In this document: in pieces, positions 16,816 through 22,158 of the stretch
How positions within the stretch are numbered: position 1 is the first letter of the stretch
Layout: the number at the start of each line of letters is the position of its first letter
Assembly (NCBI GenBank): GCA_964555545.1
Contig: CAZKSS010000001.1
Location: 14,058-55,083, forward strand
DNA: 41,026 nt
Reading direction: 5' to 3'
Origin: an uncultured Planctomycetales bacterium
GTDB taxonomy: Bacteria; Omnitrophota; Gorgyraeia; Gygaellales; Profunditerraquicolaceae
Program-made: the position numbers and the translations under genes
The notes under the pieces: model-generated
Databases searched by the model: none
The model's input: only the letters and a program-made list of their open reading frames with translations
Told to the model about the DNA's origin: nothing

Positions 16816-17847
16816 CTACAAGATTTCGACTGATTTTTTGCCTCTCACTACTTCGCCGATAACCCAGGATTTAAGTTTGGACTTGGCTAATTTTGCGATA
16901 ATACTTTTTGCGGCGCTGGGCTCAACTATCAAAACCATACCGATGCCCATATTAAAGGTATGATACATTTCTCTATCGTCAATATTGCCTTTGTTCTGAA
17001 TGAGGCGGAAAATCTTGGGCACTGGCCAGGAACCTTTATAGATGCGCACCTTGACATTCTCAGGTAGGATACGCGCGATTTTATCGTAGAAAGCGCCGCC
17101 GGTGATATGAGAAATGCCGTGGATTGTCGTTGGTCGTTGCCTGCCTGCCGGCGAGGCAGGGTCGTTGGTCGTTGGTAATAAAGATAAAACCGGTTTGACG
17201 TAAATCCGTGTGGGCTTCAGCAATTCATCGCTCATCCGCTTTAATTCTTTCTGCGAGAAAACTTTTCTCACCAGAGCAAAGCCATTGGAATGTAGGCCGT
17301 TTGACTCCAGGCCAATTAGCGTGTCACCAACGGCGATTTTCGCACCGTCAATAATATTCCTGCGTTCCACCGCACCCACGCAAAAACCCGCCAGGTCATA
17401 TTCGCCATTTTTATACATCCCCGGCATCTGGGCGGTTTCTCCGCCGATTAAGGAACAGCCGGCCTCAATACAACCTGCGTTTATTCCTTTGACGATATCT
17501 AACAAGGTATCCTCGCTGAGTTTGGCGTAGGCAATATAATCCAGGAAGAATAAAGGCCTGGCACCGCTACACAAAATATCATTTACGTTCATGGCCACGG
17601 CATCAATGCCTACTCTATCGTGCTTTTGCGCTAAGGCGGCTATTTTTAATTTTGTGCCTACGCCGTCGGCAGAAGAGACCAAGACCGGGTCTTGAAATTT
17701 GTTCTGGAATCGGAAAAATGCGCCGAAGCCGCCGATATCTTTGAGAACTTCGGGAGAAAAAGATTTCCTGAGTAGTGTTTTTATCTTGGCCTTGAAGGCA
17801 CTTGCACTTTTAATATCCACTCCTGACTTTTTATAAGTTAATCTCAC
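16816..17847 (-). CDS. purM: Phosphoribosylformylglycinamidine cyclo-ligase (AIR synthetase)
   Basis: 343-aa ORF with PurM blocks (GGFGA, DGVGTK, HITGGAF). Carries a ~48-nt repeat/hairpin segment inside the reading frame. Confidence 0.95.
   Translation of the reverse strand: MRLTYKKSGVDIKSASAFKAKIKTLLRKSFSPEVLKDIGGFGAFFRFQNKFQDPVLVSSADGVGTKLKIAALAQKHDRVGIDAVAMNVNDILCSGARPLFFLDYIAYAKLSEDTLLDIVKGINAGCIEAGCSLIGGETAQMPGMYKNGEYDLAGFCVGAVERRNIIDGAKIAVGDTLIGLESNGLHSNGFALVRKVFSQKELKRMSDELLKPTRIYVKPVLSLLPTTNDPASPAGRQRPTTIHGISHITGGAFYDKIARILPENVKVRIYKGSWPVPKIFRLIQNKGNIDDREMYHTFNMGIGMVLIVEPSAAKSIIAKLAKSKLKSWVIGEVVRGKKSVEIL
17126..17174. repeat. Composite element within the purM reading frame: 2 heptamers, a 21-nt hairpin, then 2 heptamers
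   Basis: Reads GTCGTTG GTCGTTG, then CCTGCC-TGCCGGCGA-GGCAGG, then GTCGTTG GTCGTTG. It encodes PTTNDPASPAGRQRPTT just upstream of the conserved HITGG block. Confidence 0.85.
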
Positions 17848-19293
17848 CTAAATCGCTCCCTGTCCGCAACAATGCTCTTCCAGCGAAAATTTGCCCTGCT
17901 TCTTCTCCGGTTTCAAGGGGTAGCGACCAGTCCAGCAGGCAGTGCAATAATTGCTCTCGTGCTGCCCCAGGCATCCGAGCATCCCTTCCAGGCCTAAATA
18001 ACCGAGGCTATCCACATCCAGGAACTTTCTGATTTTATCTAAAGATGCGTATTTATTGGCGATTAATTCCCAGGCCCGATGAAAATCTATGCCGTAGAAA
18101 CAGGGAAAACGATGCGGCGGGCAGGAAATCCTTAAATGCACTTCCTTAACCCCGGCTCTCCTTAAATTGCGCACGCGGATTTTTGAAGTGGTGCCTCTTA
18201 CGATGGAGTCATCGACGATAACGATGCGTTTTCCTTTCAGAACATCGTGCAGCAAATTAAATTTTACCCTCACCCCCAGATCCCGCGCATCCTGCGCCGG
18301 CTGAATAAAGGTGCGGCCGACATAGTGGTTGCGGATAATGCCCATTTCTAAAGGTATGCCTGATTCTCGGGAATATCCTAAAGCCGCGGAAAATCCCGAA
18401 TCCGGCACCGGCACCACAAAATCCGCCTCTACCGGATGCTCTCTGGCTAACTGCTCCCCTAATTTAGAGCGCACCGTATGCACAGTCTCTCCAAAAACAA
18501 CAGAATCCGGACGGGAAAAATATACGTGCTCAAAGATACAAAATGCACGCCTGTGGTTGGCCTTCAGGCCCTGGGGACTAATGGACCTGACCGCACCGCT
18601 CCTCTTGATAAAAATAATTTCTCCCGGAGCAATCTCGCGGATGTATTTGGCTCCGATTAAATCAAAGGCACAGGTTTCGGAGGCCAGGCACCAGGTATTA
18701 GCGATTTTTCCCAGGACCAGCGGCCGAAAGCCCAGGGGGTCTCTGATGCCAATGAGGGTATCGTTATCCATCATCACTAAAGAATACGCGCCCTTGATTC
18801 TTTTTAAGGCATAGATGAGGCTATCTTCTAAATTCCTGGTCCTGCTCCTGGCCATGAGATGAATGATAATTTCGGAATCAGTGGTGGTCTGAAATATCGA
18901 GCCGGTCTTTTCCAGGTATTGGCGTAGTTCTAACGAATTGACTAAATTTCCGTTATGGGCAATACAGATTGTGCCTTTGGCAAAATCTATTAATAAGGGC
19001 TGGGCATTCTTTAAGACGCTGGAGCCGGTAGTGGAATAACGCACATGTCCGACGGCAATATCCCCTTTTAATTTATGGATAATCTCAGCGTTAAACACAT
19101 CATTCACTAGGCCGGTGTCTTTGTGTAGCGTCAAGATGCCTTTGTGATTAGCGACGATCCCGCAGGCCTCCTGGCCCCGGTGCTGCTGGGCATAAAGCCC
19201 CAGATACGTCAGCCAACTGGCGTGCCGGTTATTTATGATACCGAACAGACCGCAGTATTCTTTCGGCTCTTCGCTGAAATTTTTCTTTTGCAT
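17848..19293 (-). CDS. purF: Amidophosphoribosyltransferase
   Basis: Ntn nucleophile motif ..EYCGLFGI after a short propeptide, PRTase loop VDDSIVRGTT and C-terminal Fe-S cysteines (CTACWTG). The likely start is MQKK at 19293; the ORF track extends to 19338. Confidence 0.93.
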   Translation of the reverse strand: MQKKNFSEEPKEYCGLFGIINNRHASWLTYLGLYAQQHRGQEACGIVANHKGILTLHKDTGLVNDVFNAEIIHKLKGDIAVGHVRYSTTGSSVLKNAQPLLIDFAKGTICIAHNGNLVNSLELRQYLEKTGSIFQTTTDSEIIIHLMARSRTRNLEDSLIYALKRIKGAYSLVMMDNDTLIGIRDPLGFRPLVLGKIANTWCLASETCAFDLIGAKYIREIAPGEIIFIKRSGAVRSISPQGLKANHRRAFCIFEHVYFSRPDSVVFGETVHTVRSKLGEQLAREHPVEADFVVPVPDSGFSAALGYSRESGIPLEMGIIRNHYVGRTFIQPAQDARDLGVRVKFNLLHDVLKGKRIVIVDDSIVRGTTSKIRVRNLRRAGVKEVHLRISCPPHRFPCFYGIDFHRAWELIANKYASLDKIRKFLDVDSLGYLGLEGMLGCLGQHESNYCTACWTGRYPLKPEKKQGKFSLEEHCCGQGAI

Positions 19294-20702
19294 GGGCGCT
19301 CCTCTTGCGGTTCTCTCCCCTGCCAACAGTAGAGACAAAGACTTTCTCTGGGCAGGCCGATGGCTTCAACCATATCGTTTGATTTCTGATATTTTAAGGT
19401 GGTGACCCCCAAGTCTTTACGGATCCATTCTACCATCTTTTTATATTTTGGGGAATTTTCATCTAGGTATGCACTTACATCTTCTAAGTCTTCACCTTCC
19501 AGCGCCCGGATCGCCCTGCGCGCAGCCAACTCGTGGATACTCCTCGTGGAATAGTTAAACTTACAGGGAAACATCAAAGGCGGGCAAGCAATTCTTAAGT
19601 GGATTTCTTTTGCGCCGTTTTCCAGAAGTTTCTGGATAGTGTAATTTTTCAATTGCGTTCCCCGGACAATAGAATCATCGCAGAACACCATGCTTTTATT
19701 TTTAATTATCTCTGGTATGGGAATTAATTTCATCTTCGCAATCAAATCCCTCTCTTCCTGTGAAGGCGGCGTATAACTGCGGTCAAAGCCCGGAGTATAT
19801 TTGACTAGCGGCCTACGCAACGGTATCCCTGAACCCATGGCATAACCAATCGCATGCGCAGTACCCGAATCCGGAATCCCTGAAACCATATCTGCTTCTA
19901 TATTGTCTGCCTTGGCTAAAAAATTTCCGCTCTTTTCCCTGGCTATCTCTACATTTAATCCTTCATAACTGGAGGCGGGGAATCCCGTATAGATCCACAA
20001 AAACGCACAGATCTGGTTGCATCCCCCTCCTTTTATCTTAGACTGCAGGCCGACCTCGCTTAAAAGGATAATCTCGCCGGGCTGAATTTCTTTCCGGATC
20101 TTAAATCCTAAGTTATGAAAGGCTGAGGTTTCAGTGGTTACTGCCCAGTCTTTGTCCCTCTCCCCTATAATCAACGGCGAATAACCGTATCTATCCCGGG
20201 CGGCATAAAGGCCTTCTTTGGCCAAGAGAAGCAAAGAACAGGAGCCTTTAATCTGGGAAAACAGGTATTCAATCCCATTGACAATCGTGTCGCCGTCTAA
20301 TATAAGTTTTCCTACCAGTTCAGTCTGATTGACTTTTCCATCGGTCACCTCGCTGAAAGACCGGCCCTCTTTATACATTTGAGCGGCTAACTCCTCGGCA
20401 TTATCAATAAAACCGTTGGTGACGATAGCAAAAGGTCCAAACTTGGAATGAATGTATATCGGCTGCTCGTCAATTGCGCTGATTACACCTATCCCTTTAG
20501 ATGCGCCTTCCATCTTTTTATAATCTTCATAAAACTTTGCCTTGAACTGGCTGCCTCTAATATCGTGGATCCGGCGTATTATTTCGCCTTTCCAAACTGC
20601 TAGGCCGGCGAATCGTGTGCCCAGATGCGAATGATAATCTGTGCCGTAGAATAAATCCTCGTGGCAATTCTCTTTAGACACAATCCCGAAAATTCCGCTC
20701 AT
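19233..20702 (-). CDS. PurF-like amidophosphoribosyltransferase paralog with Ser replacing the nucleophile Cys
   Basis: 489-aa ORF preceded by GAGGAG-N6-ATG. The N-terminus is MSGIFGIV (AGC Ser where PurF has Cys). It retains the PRTase loop CDDSIVRGTQ and Fe-S-type cysteines (CPPLMFPC, CLYCWQG). Confidence 0.8.
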   Translation of the reverse strand: MSGIFGIVSKENCHEDLFYGTDYHSHLGTRFAGLAVWKGEIIRRIHDIRGSQFKAKFYEDYKKMEGASKGIGVISAIDEQPIYIHSKFGPFAIVTNGFIDNAEELAAQMYKEGRSFSEVTDGKVNQTELVGKLILDGDTIVNGIEYLFSQIKGSCSLLLLAKEGLYAARDRYGYSPLIIGERDKDWAVTTETSAFHNLGFKIRKEIQPGEIILLSEVGLQSKIKGGGCNQICAFLWIYTGFPASSYEGLNVEIAREKSGNFLAKADNIEADMVSGIPDSGTAHAIGYAMGSGIPLRRPLVKYTPGFDRSYTPPSQEERDLIAKMKLIPIPEIIKNKSMVFCDDSIVRGTQLKNYTIQKLLENGAKEIHLRIACPPLMFPCKFNYSTRSIHELAARRAIRALEGEDLEDVSAYLDENSPKYKKMVEWIRKDLGVTTLKYQKSNDMVEAIGLPRESLCLYCWQGREPQEERPCKRKISAKSRKNTAVCSVS

Positions 20703-20714
20703 TTTTAGCTCCTC

Positions 20715-21503
20715 TTAAAAACGTTTTCTAATATATTCGATGCCGTTTTGAAAAATTGCTAGACCGTCACCCTCTTTTTTCTTCAACCAACGCGGATGCT
20801 GTTCGGCAAAAATATGTCTTTCTGGATGCGGCATTAGTCCCAAAATCCTGCCGCTATCATCGCAGATTCCGGCGATATTATCCAGAGAGCCGTTAGGGTT
20901 ATGTGGATAGCCAGCAAGGCGGCCTTTTCTATCGCAATATTGAAAAACGATCTGGCCGTTTCTTCTCAATCTCTGCAAAATCTTCTTATCTCTAGTAACA
21001 AACTTGCCTTCTCCATGCGCCACGGGCAGATAGATAACTTCAGGCAAATGCCTAGCCCATATACATTTGGTCGTTGGTCGTTGGTCGTTGGTCGTTAGTA
21101 AATAAGTCCATCTGTCTTCAAACTTTGCCGAATCATTAAGCATCAGGCTGGCCTCCTGGCGCAAATCCCTATTACCCGGCAGGAGCCCGGCCTTGACCAA
21201 AACCTGAAAGCCGTTACAGATACCGATAATCAGTTTTCCTTTCCGGATGAACTGACGCAGGTCATCAATAAGTTTATACCTTAATTCATTGGCCAAGATT
21301 TTTCCCGCGCCCAGGTCATCTCCGTAAGTAAACCCCCCCGGGATAGCCAAGATCTGGTAATCCGCAAGGGCCTTGCGCTTAGTGACTAAACTATTTATAT
21401 GTACTAATTCGCTGAGCGCTCCTACTTTGTTAAAGGCAAAAGCAGTCTCTTGGTCGCAGTTGGTACCTGCGGTTCTTAAAACGCAGACTCTAGGTCTTAA
21501 CAT
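20715..21503 (-). CDS. purQ: FGAM synthase glutaminase subunit
   Basis: 262-aa ORF of a class I amidotransferase, with the nucleophile elbow GICNGFQ and the HGEG / MPHPER blocks. Contains (GGTCGTT)x4. Confidence 0.93.
   Translation of the reverse strand: MLRPRVCVLRTAGTNCDQETAFAFNKVGALSELVHINSLVTKRKALADYQILAIPGGFTYGDDLGAGKILANELRYKLIDDLRQFIRKGKLIIGICNGFQVLVKAGLLPGNRDLRQEASLMLNDSAKFEDRWTYLLTTNDQRPTTKCIWARHLPEVIYLPVAHGEGKFVTRDKKILQRLRRNGQIVFQYCDRKGRLAGYPHNPNGSLDNIAGICDDSGRILGLMPHPERHIFAEQHPRWLKKKEGDGLAIFQNGIEYIRKRF
21069..21096. repeat. Perfect heptanucleotide tandem repeat (GGTCGTT)x4 inside purQ
   Basis: Four exact units are read directly. On the coding strand (AACGACC)n is translated as TTNDQRPTT. 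Confidence 0.95.
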
Positions 21504-22158
21504 AAAATTTCTTAATTACACTGACTACCTCTTTGGGGCTATCTACTACCGTAAAAATATCCAGATCTTTCTTACTGATGCTACCGTGTCTTAAAAGGGT
21601 ATCATGGAACCAATCCAACATTCCCTTCCAGTATTCCTTTCCCAGAAGCACTACCGGGAATTTAAGAATCCTCTCGGTTTGAATGAGGTTGATGGCCTCG
21701 GTAAATTCATCTAAAGTGCCGTATCCGCCGGGCATAATCACAAAGGCCTTGGCGTATTTGACAAACATCACCTTACGCACAAAAAAGTAACGGAAATCCA
21801 AAAGCGTTTCTACGTATTTATTGGGTCGCTGTTCGTGCGGAATCTGGATATTTAGGCCGATAGAGTGGCCGCCAGCGCGGGCAGCACCTTTATTGGCCGC
21901 CTCCATAATTCCCGGTCCACTGCCGGTAATGATGGCGAATCCCTCTTTTGCCAAAAGATAAGCGGTGTTCTCTGCGAGTTTATAATACTTGCTTGTGGGT
22001 TTAAGGCGACTAGAGCCGAATATAGAAACTGCGTTACCCACTTCAGATAAGACTTCAAACCCGTCTACAAACTCCGACATAATCCGGAATATCCGCCAGG
22101 TGTCTTCCCTGGTGAAGTCATCTCTCACAATGACGTTGCCTCTTTTTACCCTTACCAT
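21490..22158 (-). CDS. LOG-family / TIGR00730 Rossmann protein (nucleotide 5'-monophosphate nucleosidase type)
   Basis: PGGYGTLDEF motif and GSGPGIMEAANKGA. The likely start is the ATG at 22158, which overlaps the purL stop (AGATGGTAA); the ORF track extends to 22263. Confidence 0.85.
   Translation of the reverse strand: MVRVKRGNVIVRDDFTREDTWRIFRIMSEFVDGFEVLSEVGNAVSIFGSSRLKPTSKYYKLAENTAYLLAKEGFAIITGSGPGIMEAANKGAARAGGHSIGLNIQIPHEQRPNKYVETLLDFRYFFVRKVMFVKYAKAFVIMPGGYGTLDEFTEAINLIQTERILKFPVVLLGKEYWKGMLDWFHDTLLRHGSISKKDLDIFTVVDSPKEVVSVIKKFYVKT

Noticed and set aside
19233-19338. Apparent 106-nt overlap between the purF paralog and purF, which could hint at a frameshift or fusion.
   Set aside because: The first 15 codons of the ORF-track purF (MSLLLAGERTARGAP) are probably untranslated. 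Starting at MQKK (19293) gives a normal short propeptide before Cys. The remaining ~60-nt overlap is compatible with two intact genes.
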